This document shows positions 1 to 14,200 of a stretch of 64,000 nucleotides of DNA, one piece after another (position 1 is the stretch's first letter; each line of letters begins with the position of its first letter). A program made the translations under genes and the position numbers. Under the pieces are notes generated by a model. That model was not told where the DNA came from and did no database searches. It saw only the letters and a list, made by a program, of their open reading frames with translations. The DNA is from Cenococcum geophilum (taxonomy: Eukaryota): positions 682,001-746,000 of the forward strand of contig CP158635.1 in assembly GCA_050273025.1 (NCBI GenBank), read 5' to 3'.

Positions 1-1759
1 CGTGGAGTCTGCTGACTATGGAAATCAACTATCGTCGCGCTTCATCGATGGGAATTCCCCTCGTTCGCCTTATAATTGATCCCCAAAATCTCCTTTGGAT
101 GGTACTCGAATCGCACCTCTGGCCGTACCTTGACCGTCTTCCTATCAATTTGGGCAACTTTGGTCGCTACGCCCGGAGAGGATGGCACTTTGGCGATAAA
201 GCAGACTCTCATTTACGATATGGACCAGTTTGGGCGCTAGTTACTCCTGTTGACGTCTATGTCCACGTCGCCGACGCCGACAGTATCCATGATATCTTTG
301 ATCGGCGGACAGACTTCCTTCGTCCAAGCAAGATGTACAGTAAGTGGGCAATTTAGATTTAATCTTAATGTAAGCAATGTTTAACGCTATTTAGAGCTGC
401 TTGAAGTCTACGGGCCTTGCATCTCTACTGCGAGTTGGACGGATTGGCCACGCCACAGAAAAGTCCTTGCAACGCCTTTCAATGAAAATATTATGACATT
501 TGTCTGGGACGAGACTATTCAGCAAACTGGCCAAATGTTGGAATCGTGGACAGGCCCAGCTGTACAGCATATTCGGAGTTTTGCCAAAGATACGCGCACT
601 CTTTCATTGAACATACTTGCCGCAACGGGTTTCCGTCGGTCCTACAAGTTCCGCAGCGCCAACGAGCCAGCGGCAGATGCTGACCAGGTGGGAAGCTATC
701 GAGATGCTTTGCAGACGGTCCTGGACAACATCATCATGCTTATGATTTTATCACCCAAGCTGCTCTCTCTCTCTTTCGCACCAGAGTCTTGGCATCGCAT
801 CGCACGAGCCGCGGCAGATTTCAAAGAGTTCATGATTCACATGCTAGATGAGGAAACAATCGCTTTGAAAGAAGGAAAATCTGGCTCAGGAGGTCTCATG
901 ACTTCGTTTGTCCGCGCATTAGACATGAAGCAGAAAGAGGACACAAAGGGCAGTGCCAACTCAGCACCCCTTAAGGGTCTAACGGTGGATGAGATCTTTG
1001 GAAACATCTTTGTAATTAACTTCGCAGGTCATGACACCACCGCCAATACTTTGGCTTTCAGCATGCTACTTCTTGCAGCGCATCCCGATGTACAAGATTG
1101 GGTCGCAGAAGAGCTTCAGGAGCTTACACCAGCGAACGAGAAATGGGAGTATAGTTTCCTGTTCCCAAAGCTCAATCGGTGTAAAGCTGTATTGGTAAAG
1201 TTATTCTATGCTTACTCAAGTTGCCTCGCGCTCATTTAGACAGCTTGAGACACTCCGACTATATCCCCCGATCATGTCCCTTCCGAAATGGACCAACGAT
1301 GTCCCACAAAGACTGAAAGTCGGAGATCAAATCATTGTGATTCCCCCTAATACAGGCGTCATGCCTAGTCTACTTTCCGTCCAAACTCACCCTAGGTATT
1401 GGAAAGACCCTCTTGTTTGGAAACCGTCACGCTGGATCTCTAGCCCCGCGGCGCCAACTTCTGAATTTGCTGCTGGATTCCAACGAGAAGTGGTCCTTAC
1501 ACCCGCAAAATGTACTTATTTTCCCTGGTCAGACGGCCCCCAGAACTGCCCCGGTGCAAAGTTCTCTCAGGTCGAATTCGTTGCTGTTCTGGCGTGTTTA
1601 CTGCGGGATCATCGAGTCAATGCTGTTCAGAATCCGGGTGAGAGTTTTGGGCAAGCCCGGATGCGAATTCTGGCTACGGCGGAAGACGTTGATATGGAGA
1701 TGTTGTTGAGGATGAAGGACGCTGATAGAGTATCATTGGTGTGCAAACGCGTTTCGTAA
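1..1759 (+). CDS. Cytochrome P450 monooxygenase, probably 5'-partial; exons <1-339, 395-1194, 1244-1759
   Basis: Motifs FAGHDTT (I-helix), ETLRLYP (ExxR), WKPSRW (PERF-like) and heme-binding FPWSDGPQNCPG. Introns GTAAGT(340)..TTAG(394) and GTAAAG(1195)..CAG(1243) join the frames (MYK-LLEVYGPC; KAVL-LETLRL). The frame is open upstream of ATG 18, so the start is probably before the window. Confidence 0.93.
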
Positions 1760-2243
1760 ACAAAGACAATGAGTATTAAAAGATGTTTGGGCGGCAATGC
1801 TTCTATAAAATAGTCTATCGTCATAGGTTACTGCGAAGTATCGACATCAGCGGTAGTGACTGCGGCTGTTTGCCAGGACCCGAAATTGGACCAGTGATGG
1901 AATTGGGCTGGGTTAATTCAGGAGCTCCATGGTGGAGGCGTATTTTGACTGGACTGGATCCTGTCGATTTAATTGGTTGGATAGAGTGGATTTAAAGCTG
2001 CGGAGCTCTTGGAGCTCTAATTCTCTAACCCAATTCGGCAGGCGTAACAAAAGGATAGAGCCAATTAGTAACGTCAACAACAAAATCCAATTTTAGAATT
2101 AGGTGTACGAGCCATATAATCTGGTAACTCTAGTGTATATATATGTCGTTCGGGCTCCATGAAATCGGCCTCTGCACCTCCACGCGGTGGAGCCCGGGAA
2201 CCTAGCAGTACTATCAGCGTTCCGTCAGGATTGTGCTGACAGA

Positions 2244-5200
2244 CAGACTTGCTGATAAACAAACCCCGTTTGCTAGTTTGTTTGTTTGTTTGCTTTATAA
2301 TCAAACAACCAATCAAACCCAGAGGCCCGATTTTAGCAGTCAATCAAGCCCTATATCGTCTCGTTTGATTGAGTTGGTTTGCTCGTTTAATACATAAGAT
2401 ATAGGGGTTCTTGGTGGTTGATTTTGGGCAGTTCTATAATATACTACGATTGTGATATAATATACGCGCCGAAAATAAACATCCAAACGCGTCTTTTTGA
2501 CTTAAGCCTACCAAAATCTCCTCTTTTACCTACCAATTCCTATCGCTATACTGCCTATATTATGTCTTCCCATCTTTCTAAAGCTGGCCCTATTAATTCA
2601 GCAGAGAATACGTCTGTAATTGCGCCTAGCGAAGCCTACGAAGGTTCTAATACCTTATTAGAATTAACCCCCCTTAAGGACGAATACGAAGGCCTTAATT
2701 GGGACCGTGTAGAGAGATATTAACGGCCTTATTAAGACCTCCTTAGAACTCTAAGCTTTATATAGGACCATAGCTGGCAGCTCTAGTAAAGATTTAGTAA
2801 GAAAATAACCGTTTTCTTATATAAATATTGCCATCTATATAAGATTAAGGTAACTCTATATAAGACTAGTAGAGCCACTACTTCTGCGGTAGGACACCTT
2901 GCTAAGGATATAGATGGCCATTAGGTTAATTTTTATGGTCCTATTAATTATACAGTGTCTTAGAAGTGGAAGGCTTTAACTATTCTAGAGTAGATTTAAC
3001 GAACCCACTATATATTATAAGCAGTTGCTAATGAGCTTATTAAGTCCTATAACTCCAATATCTTTAAACAGGCGGTTATACTATGGATTGCCGCTAGAAA
3101 CCACCCTCTACGAGAAGTTGAGCGACCTAAATTTTAAGCCCTAATTGCGGCCGTAAATAAAGACGCCGAGCCTAATCTATACTAAAACTATAAGGCAATT
3201 TATAATTAAGTTCTCGCTAAATATAATAGCAATAAAGGTATAGTAACGGAAGAACTGGCGCGATTAATGACGAGATTTTATATATTATTTGATGGCTGGA
3301 CAACGCGCGATAAGAAGAAAGCTCTTACTAGTATCTATATTTATTACTTAGACAATTAAGGCTAGATTTAAGACTTTATGCTTACTATACTAGAGCAGCT
3401 TAGCCTATATAGCGGCTATAACTACTATAACGTTATTAGTAATATTATTACTAAGTATAATCTTAGTAGTTAAATTGGCTGGTTCGTTATAGATAACGCC
3501 TATATTAACTTCCTTGCAGTAGAGCTTAGATTTAATAAATAGCAATATTAGGTGCGGTGTGCTACCTATATATTTAATTTAGTGGCTTAATTAAGTCTAT
3601 TTGGAACTAATAAAGATATATTTAAGAACGGTGATAAGAACTTAACGGTAGGCGTTTTCTTACTATTAATTTAATTAAAACTAAGACTTCTATAGGAAGA
3701 GCAGTAGTTCCTAGAGGAGTGGCGAAAAGAAGGCCCGCTTGGAACTCTTATTAATTTTATTTATTTAATCTACTTACCACAAAAGTATAAATAGTTCTAT
3801 ACCTTTTAGTAAGAGGAGAACGCTATACTACCGCGCGCCAATTTTAAAGTCCTTAAGCTCGTTAAGCCCGTTAAGACTAGGTGGAATAGTTATTTAATAA
3901 TATTTAAACGAGCTATTGAGCTTTAAGGCCCTATTTCCTTAATAATATAGCACGATATTAATAAATGGAATAGGAAGCTCGCAACGATTAAGTCTAATTA
4001 ATAACGTAGAAAGAATTTAAACCTATATTAGAAGCCTTTTAATCGCCCTCTCTACGTATAAGTTAGCGGCCTTGCTTCCTATAATTAAGACGTTATTAAG
4101 CAATATATTTAGCTTCTTAAGCTGCTTTAGTAAGCTATACTTAAGCTTAAAGGAAGAGGCAAGGCTAGGCGCAATAGTGTAATATAGGAAGTTATCCCTT
4201 ATATAGAGTTTCTAATAAGGCACTACGAAGAAGCTAAAGCTTAATTAACTAAGGCGATAACGGAGGATTATCCTAATTAAGAGGCAATTGAGGATTACTA
4301 CGAAATTAATGTTAATTGCGGGTAGGCAAAGCTTTAAAAATACTACGTGGCGCTTAATTAGACGCCTATCTACTATATAGCTTGCCTACTACACCCTAAC
4401 CTTAAGCGATTCTACTAAAACAACTAGAAAGAGAGGCCTAATTAGATAACTAGCTATAACGCTTCCTTTTAGGAGCTCTGGCTTAAGTATAAAGAAAAGA
4501 AGCTATGGTTAGTAGAGCAAGCCTCTAAAAAGAATTAGCCTTTATAATCTAATATTAATAACTTTATTAGAAGCTTTATAGGTACTGCCTTTACTATAGC
4601 ACCTTCCTTATCTAATGATTAAGAAGATGAGTATAAGCAGTAGAAGAAACTTAATCTACTAGTAGAAGATTATCTATTGGCTCGTGATCCATTTTTATAC
4701 TAGAGGATAATAGTAATAGAGTTTCCTAACCTTAGTTAAATAGCGCTTAATATACTAAGTATACTACTATTAAGCTGCGATTATAAACGATTGTTTAGTG
4801 AGCTTGGTAATATGCTTAAGCCTTATTACTTATAAATACGGCCTAATATTATTATAGCCTTACAGTATACGCGAAGCTAGAACCGTAACGACTTTATTAA
4901 ATATAAAAAATAACCTTTCCTAATAAGGAAATCGTATACTGGTTTAGACTTAACCGGAGATCGCGCCATTTAATTTGGTTTGCTGACTTTTAAATAGTAC
5001 AACGTCCTACCCAAATTTTCAATTCTGGCCTCTAACTTTGGCGCTATTAAGAGGCGCGATCTCCCACTTTAGGAGCTGTTTTGTATACATATAATAATAT
5101 ATAGGGAGGATTGGCTATATAGCCAGGTCGATATTACTGCTGTTATAGTAGGCGATTAATTTTTTAGGCATCTTTTATATAGGAAAACTCTGCATTAAAT

Positions 5201-5634
5201 TTTAAGTTATGTGACCTTCCTTAGGAACCGCCAGAGCGACAATAAGGTTTAATCTATACTATAGTAAGCTATTCTTATATAATATTTAGATATTATTATA
5301 GTAACTAATATTAATAGATTTGCCGCTTTAGATTAATATAATTAGACCTTACTGTTATTAATACTAGGGGTGATTAATTTTATTCCCTCTTGACTTTTAA
5401 GCTTAGCGCGAGCATTATAATACTAAACGCCTATTACCAGATTGTAGCGTAGAGCTCCTAGATCCTCTTACCGTCGCGTAAAAATGTATATAAATCTATC
5501 CAAACAGTTAAATCTATTTAAACCGTTTACTAGTTTAATTAACTAAACGAAATAAATAAGCTTAAAGCTTTAAAATATCCAATTAACCAAACCAAAGATC
5601 CGTGATTTGAATTGTTTGTTTATTAGCAAGTCTG
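2244..5634 (+). mobile_element. hAT DNA transposon, full length, RIP-inactivated
   Basis: 21-bp TIRs: CAGACTTGCTGATAAACAAAC (2244-2264) and GTTTGTTTATTAGCAAGTCTG (5614-5634), one G>A difference. 8-bp TSD CTGACAGA (2236-2243) / CTAACAGA (5635-5642). Subterminal (A)AAC/GTTT repeats. Confidence 0.93.
2562..4912 (+). pseudogene. hAT transposase relic with many TAA/TAG stops
   Basis: De-RIPed motifs FDGWT (~3289), VxDNA (~3486), RCxxHIxNL (~3555), KTRWNS (~3873) and dimerisation-domain LSIPxxSCDCERLFS (~4755-4800). End coordinate approximate. Confidence 0.85.
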
Positions 5635-6506
5635 CTAACAGACTACTAGAACAAACGCAGGGACGTACGTACGGCTGCGCAGCGCCGGCGTTGCGACGTG
5701 GTAGTGGTGCGAAGAGTTTTCTTGCTGGGAGGGTGAGCCCCAGCGGAGGCCTACGAACACGACACCACGTCTTTACGTACACGTCTAGTACACTCGAACC
5801 ACGGCACCCACCTACGGCAGCGACCCCCTTCTTCTTATGCGGTAAAGCGATATACCGTACGGCACCTACACGAATCGTATACACCTTGCAGCAGTGCTTT
5901 TATTAATATTCGATATTAGGATTTAGCTATAGTAAAATCTCCTTAATACGATATAGGGTATATAACGATATATACCCCTTAATTAAGCCTTTTTTGGTGT
6001 AATATTACGATAATCTAACTTTTGCCGATATTGTTAAGCACCTACTACTAATATTGGTATAAGCAGATTTTGATTCATTAGATTTGACCTTTGCTTACCA
6101 TAAGTTTAGCCATTAAATATATTATATAACGATTAAAATCCATTAAAATTACCCTTAAATCTTACTCTCTATACTTAATTCTATTTTATTTACTATAGTA
6201 AGACATTAAAATTCTACGAGGTAGCGCTGTTACGGCTTTACTAATTATAAGCGCCAGAAAATACGCGCCTACTGTTAGCGACTTAGTTAATTAAGGCATG
6301 AGCACAGTATAAGGGACGTGTAAGCCTATATAATTAGATTATCTATAAACGAGAATCTAAAGCTAGAGAAAGGAAAGAAGAAGAAGAGCAGCGCCAGTTA
6401 AAGTAGGGTTCTTTTATATGGTCCTCTAGTCACATAACCGCAAAGTTCTACTAAGTTCTGCCACTAAGTTCTACCATTTTCTGCCAGTGCTGTAATATTA
6501 CCCCCC

Positions 6507-8204
6507 TGTTACGGCCCTGATGCGTAACTTAGATAGGGGGCTTAGTCAGGGTTCGGCTAAAGGCTTGGCTCCCCCTTGTATATAGACGTGTCCTCACCGC
6601 CATCTTCTTCTTCTCCTTATCTTGATATCCGGGTCTATAAACATTCCAATTGTACAGGCTTGCATACGTTCTAAACGGCGCTCGTGCCTCAATTAACTGA
6701 GTCGCTGTGATATTATATTAAGATCCCTCAACCGATCGCAGGCTGTTGTATCCCAGGTTAAAGAAGCCCTGTGGCCTAGGGTAGTTAATAGGTGATGGAG
6801 CCCTATATACTAGCAGGCAAAGGAAGGAAGGAGAGCCTAACTCCTATAACAAAGAAGGTAGAAGAGCATACTCTAAGATAAAGCAAGACTCGTGCGAAGT
6901 CCTATGGTGGCTAGGTATGGAATCCCTACACCGTGCAGGCACCCCTTATGCTCATTGTTACCGTGGACCTATAGTGGCTGGGTATAGAATCCCTACACTT
7001 ATAGGTACCCTCCCTTATATTCTCTTCTTTTTTTCTTTTCTCTCTACTAAACGGCCGCCTATGCTATGGGGAAGCACGTGCTGAACGGTAACCTCTTTCC
7101 GACCGTACGATCTCGTCGACCGACCGAGCAACGCGTACACCTACTGACCAATCGATCGATCGAACGACGACCCTTCAAACGACCACCGTACGTCTCTATC
7201 GGACGCTTGCACTGTACTGCTACCTAAATAGTCCTTTTTAACAGACACTAAGCCACGTATACTGTGAGGAACGAAATCGGTTGATACTAAGACTAGTGCT
7301 ATGCACTAGCTGCGATAAACGACCCTAACTAATACTGAGTAATACGAGCTTTGAGGAACGAAATCACTAGGACTATCAACGCTGGCATTACTCTACTATT
7401 GACTACCGATCGTGCCGATATGCATACGATCTCTATACTAGACAACAGTAGCGCTAATACGCCTGCTACTACGACCTAACAACAACTGTGCTGGTACGCC
7501 TACAGTCCTACCGACCGTACGATCGTGCCGTTACGCCTGCGATCCACGACTTCCGCTTGCATCGTACTGCTATAATAAACGACTATACTACCCTGCCACA
7601 GTTGACGAGACAATAATCGTGCCTCTACGCCTACGATCACTCGACCAATTAATAGCCCGACCTTTACGTTTAACCTGCTATCATAAGATAACCGATAGAT
7701 GAGCTCTGTGCTCAACCACTATTATTACCACCGCTAGTACCGTACTACTACCCGAACACAGCTGCTCCTGCCTGCAGCTAAACCTTATTTTGACTACTAC
7801 TGCTCCTGCCTGCAGTACCATAATTGACTTCTGCTGCTACGCCCGTAGCACTATGATTGACCCTTGCTGCTCTGCCTGCAGCATCTTATCGACTACTGCT
7901 GCCCCACCTGCAGCAAATAACTACAACTGTATAAGAGGTAGAAGATAAGCACCTAAGGATAAAGCTTGAGGGCAAGCTTTTTTTAAAGGGGGGGGTGATG
8001 TTACGGCCCTGATGCGTAACTTGGATAGGGGGCTTAGTTAGGGTTTGGCTAAAGGCTTGGCTCCCCCTTATATATAGACGTGTCCTCACCGCCATCTTCT
8101 TCTTCTCCTTATCTTGATATCCGGGTCTATAGACATTCCAATTGTATAGGCTTGCATACGTTCTAAACGGCGCTCGTGCCTCGATTGACTGAGTCGCTGT
8201 GACA
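6507..8204 (+). mobile_element. Non-autonomous LTR retroelement B (TRIM/LARD-like, 1.7 kb); LTRs 6507-6712 and 7999-8204
   Basis: 206-bp LTR pair (TG...CA on the right copy), G-rich PPT before the right LTR, inserted in the poly-C run of A (CCCCC on both sides). No gag or pol motifs seen in the 1.29 kb interior. Confidence 0.9.
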
Positions 8205-11200
8205 CCCCCCTCTATAAAAGCCTGCCCTTAGGCTTTATATATCCGTATTATACCTATAGGGCGTTTTTATCTTTATATTCTTTTAGTAGCCTATTATCTT
8301 TACTATACTAGCACTTTATCTACTCGTTTAGGTACTTTAAGGATCCTAGTTTACTAGGGTAACAGCTATAAAATTCTTAAAGCTTATAGGGATTACTAAT
8401 AAAGTTTTATACGGGGTACTAAGTAGGATCTAGGTTATAGCCTTTCTAACTAATACGGTACTTTAACATTTTCCATACTAGTTTATAGGTTAATATTTCT
8501 TTAATTTCCCATTTATTATCGCTACTAACTTAAATTAGTAGGGGAGGTTCGTTCTTTTATCTAGGTAATAGGTTATTTATAGCCTTCTATAGCTTATCTG
8601 GTAAGAAAATAGGGTAAACCTTAATTAAATCTAGGAGCTTTACTTTATATAAGTTGCCTATTTTTTTAAGAATTATATATAGCCCTGCTATCTAATAGTC
8701 TAGCTTATAGCTAGGCCGTTCCGTCTTTTAGTTCTTTATTATAACCTAAACCATATTACCTACGGTAAAGTTAGGCTCTCGCCTATGCTTATTTGCCTAC
8801 TATTATATTAATTTTTAGGCCTTTTCTAAGTTTATATAGGCTACTATCTAGGCTTCTTCTAAGCGCTTAGCGTACCGCTAGGCTTCCTTATAAGATAGTT
8901 TCTTACGTACGGTCTATAGTCCTTCTAGCCTATTCTAGTTAAAGCTTATTTAGGGTAAATACCCCATTTCTAGTTAGATAGGTGTAAATCCTATAAAGTT
9001 ATAGGGTAGGGTCGCCTAGGCGTAGTTTATAAGGGGTAGTAGTTTACCCTAGTTGTCTTAAAAGTAGTTAATAAAGGGCTAAAGTCTCTAGTCTAAGTAT
9101 TAATTTATAATCTCCATCTGGCTATTTGTCTAGGGGTAGTACGCTATAAAAAGCTTTAGCCTAATTCTTAGGATCTAGGTAAACTTATTCTAGAAAGCTA
9201 ATATAAACTACGGTCCGCAGTCCGATATAATAGTATCTAGTAGTTTATAAATTTAGTAGATATAATAGATGTATAGTTAGGCCACCTCTTTAGTATTAAT
9301 ATTCTTATTATAAGGGCGCGAAGAGACTTTGGGGAAGATTTAAAGGAATAATATAAATTCTATCTAAATCTAAGGGTATATAGCTCTCGCTAAGAACAAG
9401 ACGTTGCGTAAAGAAGAGAAAGAAATAACAAGAGAATTATATAATTAAATAGTTAGGGGCTTAGTGGTCGATGCGTGCGCACGTGCGCACGCGGTCTTCG
9501 ACGGACTTCGGTAATTCGATTAATCTAGCAGATTTTGGTTAAAGCGTCGGAATTTATCTATTAAGTATTTCACTAAGACATTCCTACTATAACTGGGCTA
9601 GTCCCGTTATAGTACCCACCCTTTTAGCCGAAGGTCTAAATAATTTAATTTAAGTTAAGACTTATAACTTATCGCGTATTGTGTTTTTACGTTAGGTGGC
9701 AGTATAGGGTTTTACTAATTCTATTATTAAATGGACTAATTAGGATTTTCTATCCCCGGGATAGAAAATTGCTATTGGCTTAGTTAAGGCGGTAAGCAGA
9801 ACTAATATCTTTATAGTAGGTCTTAGCAAGGTAGATCTAACTAATTAGATAACTTTAACCGGCGGTTAAAGTTCCTTAATATCTTGCGTATTATATAATT
9901 GTATTATAAACGTTATAACGTATTTTAAGTCTTTTTTAATTTTAAGCTTCCTGCTATTATGTTTTATATATTTATGTTAGGTAGCAATTATTTACTTTTA
10001 TATTATATCCATCTAGCCAAAATAGGCCGCGAAGGATAGTCCTTATAAAATTCTTTTACTAGGGAAGGCGTATTAGTCTTAATTTGGTTATAGGTTTCCT
10101 AAGTTTATATTTTATATCCTTCCTATTTAATAAGAAGTTTAAATTATTTAGATTATATCTTCTATTATATATCGTTAATTAAGTTAATAAAGTAAGAACC
10201 GTTACCGTTGTTAACAATTATAGAAGGTAGCGGTGGTACTTCGCAAGTTATAGGTTTACCCTTTAAGGGTTATAGCAAGTTTACATAAAACGTTAGATAT
10301 ATTTTTATTTTAGTTAGTAGTTTAAGTTTATAAGTATATAGGCTTAGTTTCTTTTTAACTTAGTATAGGCCCATAAACTTCTAGTCTAGTTTCTTTAAGG
10401 GTCGTTAAGTCTTTAGGTTTCATATATTTAGGTAAACTATATTATCTTCCTTAAAGTCCTACGCGGAAGCTTGTTCTTTGTTCATATACTATTTCTATAC
10501 TATTTAAGCGTATGCTAATTTACTTTATAATAGTTCCGTTAACTACTTTATTTAATTAGCGAAGTTATATACGTTAATTAGTTAAATCCTCTTAATTATG
10601 GGTCCTATTGTATTAATTTTAGGTTATAGTTTAAATCTAAATTAAGGGTTTTGTCCGTAGGTTGCGTAGAACGGCGTTACGCCTATTAATTCGTTTCTCG
10701 TATTATTTGCAGTAAACTTAGCTAACGGTAGCTATTTTTCCCAGTCGTCTTGTAGGTAGGAGCAGTATATTTATAGGTATTATTCTATAATCGCGTTTGC
10801 AATTTCAGTTTAACTATCTATCTCCAAATAAAATGTAGTTAAGAGTTGTATTTATATGCTTAATTATTTATATAGGGCTTGCTAGAAGTCTAAAACGAAC
10901 TAGCTTCCGTAGTTAGATATTATTAAATTAGAAAGTCTGTATAGCTTAAAGACGTACTTAATAAAATATTTAGCTACTAATATTACATTAATTAAGTCTA
11001 TAGGAATTATATATTATATTTTCGTAAGACGGTTAATAACTACTATAACATTTATAAACCTATTACTGTTAGGTAGGTTAACTACGAAGTTAATTAAAAT
11101 ATCTTGCCATCTTTATATTGGAATTGGCAACGGTTGAAGTACTCCTTACTTCTTTATATAAGAGGTCTTCCTATATACATATATTCTATATACTTAAACA

Positions 11201-14200
11201 TATTTTCATATATAGTTGTGTATTATAGGCTAGCAATATGCTTATTAAATAATCTTATAGGTCTTTATACGGCTAGGATGCCCTACTATAGGGGAATTAT
11301 ATACAAATTCGAGTATCTTAAATTATAAAGGTTTAGAATTTAGGACTACTATCTTCTATTAATAGTACAACCGGTTATTACGGATTTCGCATTTAGCGAG
11401 TATAATATCCTTATATTACCGTTTCCCTATTTAAATCGCTTTTATTATATCTGCTATTTAGGGGTTGTTCTTATATTTATGCTCTATTAATTTATTAATT
11501 TCTATGTCCCACTTATTAATTTCCAATTTATTCCTATTAAGCTCCGCGTCTAGGAATATAGGGCGTAGTTTCTTAAAGCATTTAGGGGGTAGTAGAATTT
11601 ATAATTAATTTATAATCCGTTTATTAGAGGCGTTTATAAGTAAGTCTTATAATTATTATATTAATAAGTTAGGCTTTTAATTAAGTTTGCTAGGTTAGTA
11701 CGTAATCTTAAAGTTAAATTATAAAAGGTATTCGGCCCAACGAATTTGGTGCTGCGTTAATTGCTTTATAGTTATAAAGTACTATAGGTTTTTATGGTCC
11801 GTTAATATGTATATTAGGAATAATAATCCTTTAAGTTCTAGGCGCCATTGTTTAAAGTATCTAATAATTATAAGTAGTTCCTTATTATATATCTTATAGT
11901 TTAGTTTAGTAAGGGTAAGTTTCTAGGAGAGGAAGGCTACTGGGCGCAGCTCGCCGTTCTTATTATATTGCGATAATACTCCTCCTAGTATATGGTTAGA
12001 CGAGTCTATTTTAACGATATATTTAAGGTCTAGATTAAAGTAGGTGAGAATTAAAGTAGTTATAAAACGATATTTTAGGTTGTTAAAAGCTTGTTTATAT
12101 TTAGTAATCTATTTAAATCTTATATTCTTTCTTATTAAGTTTACTAATAGCTAAATAATTTTTAAGAAGTAATTAATAAATCGATGGTAGAAATTTGCGA
12201 ATTTTAGAAATCCTTAAATGTCTTATACACTATTAGGACTTTCCTAGTTTATAATCGCAGCGATTTTTTTAGGGTCTATTTTAATTCCGTTGTAGGATAT
12301 AATTAGGCCTAAGTACGTGACTTTAAACGTATAGAACTTGTATTTTTTAATATCGTATTATAAGCCCGCGTCTTATAGGCGTTTAAGGACCATTTGGACG
12401 TGCTTTTAATGCTTAGAAAGTAAAGACAAATAAATTAAAATATTATTAATATACGCAGTAATAAATACATTAAGGAATTCGCAAAGTATATTGTTAATAT
12501 ATTATTAAAACGTACTAGGACCGTTCTTTACACTAAATAGCATTACTAGGTATTTAAAAAGTCCCTATTATATACGGAAAGCCGTATACTTTTTATCTCC
12601 TTTATAAATACGGATTTAATTAAAGGCGGCGACTACGTTAAGCTTTATAAAGTATTATGCTTTTACTAAGCGGTTAAGCGTTTCTTAAAGTAGAGGAATT
12701 GGATATTGGTTTTAAATTATAATTACATTTAGGGCTTAATAATTAACATAGAATTTTAAGCCTCCTCTAGGTTTCTTAATAAATAGTATAAATAAGGTAA
12801 ATAGTAATTAACTAGGGCGAATAAATCCTTTCTTTAGGTACTCTTTAAGGTATTATTATATTATAAGCAGTTCTTCTTGTAATATACTATATAACGGGCC
12901 AAACTTTAGTATTATACTAGGTTTAAGTTCTATCTTAAAATCGTGCTTATCTTAATATGGGGGTAATTAGTTTACGAATTGTTTCTTAAACGTATTAATT
13001 AGATTATGATATTTTTTAGGTATAAGAGGTTAGGGGTTAATATATTGCTTTAGTTCTAACGCCCTTTTAATATCTTTTAGTGTTATAGAAAAGATCTTAT
13101 AGTCTCATTTTCTTACTAATAAATAAAAGGGTGCGGCTTATACTATATGAATTTTAAAGGGTTTTAATATATTATTTTCGCATTCTTTACCGCGATTAGC
13201 AGTTATAACTTTATTATATTAGTTTAAGGTTTATAGTAAGGGTAATTTATATTATATTAAATTCGAATAGTTATATGCATATTTATAGGGTAGGTAGTAT
13301 TTTAAGCAATAACTTTGGTAGTAGGTTGTACGGAATTTTAGTATTTCTTTAACCCAGCTAATTAAAGGGTTATATTATTTTAGTTATCTATATCTAAGTA
13401 TTACTTTATAATGCTTTAAGGGTATTATAAATAGGGAAACGTATTTAAGGTGTTTGCCTATTCGCATCTTTATAAGAGCATAGTATATTAATTTACTGTG
13501 TATTAAAGGCTTACTATTAAAGCCTTATAGGCCTTAGGGCTTATTAAGTTTCCTTAAATTTAAGCGTTAAGTTTTTGCGTAGTTTGTATTAATAAAGCCT
13601 ATATTAATAGCTCCGCTATTTATAAGGATTTATACTTCTTTCTATTTTCTAAGTATTTAAATTTCGCTAAGTATATTAAGGGAGTTGTGTTATATATTAG
13701 CGCTAGAAGAGCTTAGACACTTATACTCTTCCACTTTTTATCTTAAGGCGTAACTTAGCCCTAGGATAATTCGTTTTCTAAGTTAACTAAAGGCAAGATG
13801 CTTTATAGCAACTAAGTATAATTTATAAAATAAGTGCGACTTAAGGACTAAGAGGAGCTACGGCGGACCTTTTTAAAAGGGTAAGTTTGGTAATCCCTTT
13901 AAATATATCCCTTCTTTCTATATCCGAAATATTCTTTATTTACGGCTTATATTCTTTATTTATTAGTTCCTAAGGGTATATAGGATTAAGTGGCGTTAAG
14001 GTCCATAGGGTTATACATAAGGCTTTTAGGTCTTAAAGATAGGTCGCGCTTTAAAATATATATTAGTTTTATAGAGTTTTAGGCGCGAGATATAGTTAGC
14101 TTTAGAGAACGAGTCTACTTATTATATTAGAGGTCTTTATTAATTCGTTAATATATTATAGTAAATTTGGGTAAGTTTTTTGGTATATTGGTAAAATATA

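Noticed and set aside
1522..1556. P450 heme motif has Gln where Arg is usual (GPQNCPG), possible RIP damage
   Set aside because: The gene shows no other RIP signature; more likely natural family variation.
1895..2040. Imperfect inverted repeat GAATTGGG...GAGCTCC / GGAGCTC...CCCAATTC, possibly an old MITE
   Set aside because: The ends do not pair cleanly and no TSD could be identified.
6228..6240. TGTTACGGC resembling an LTR start
   Set aside because: It lies in frame within the pogo transposase N-terminus, and no partner LTR or TSD exists.
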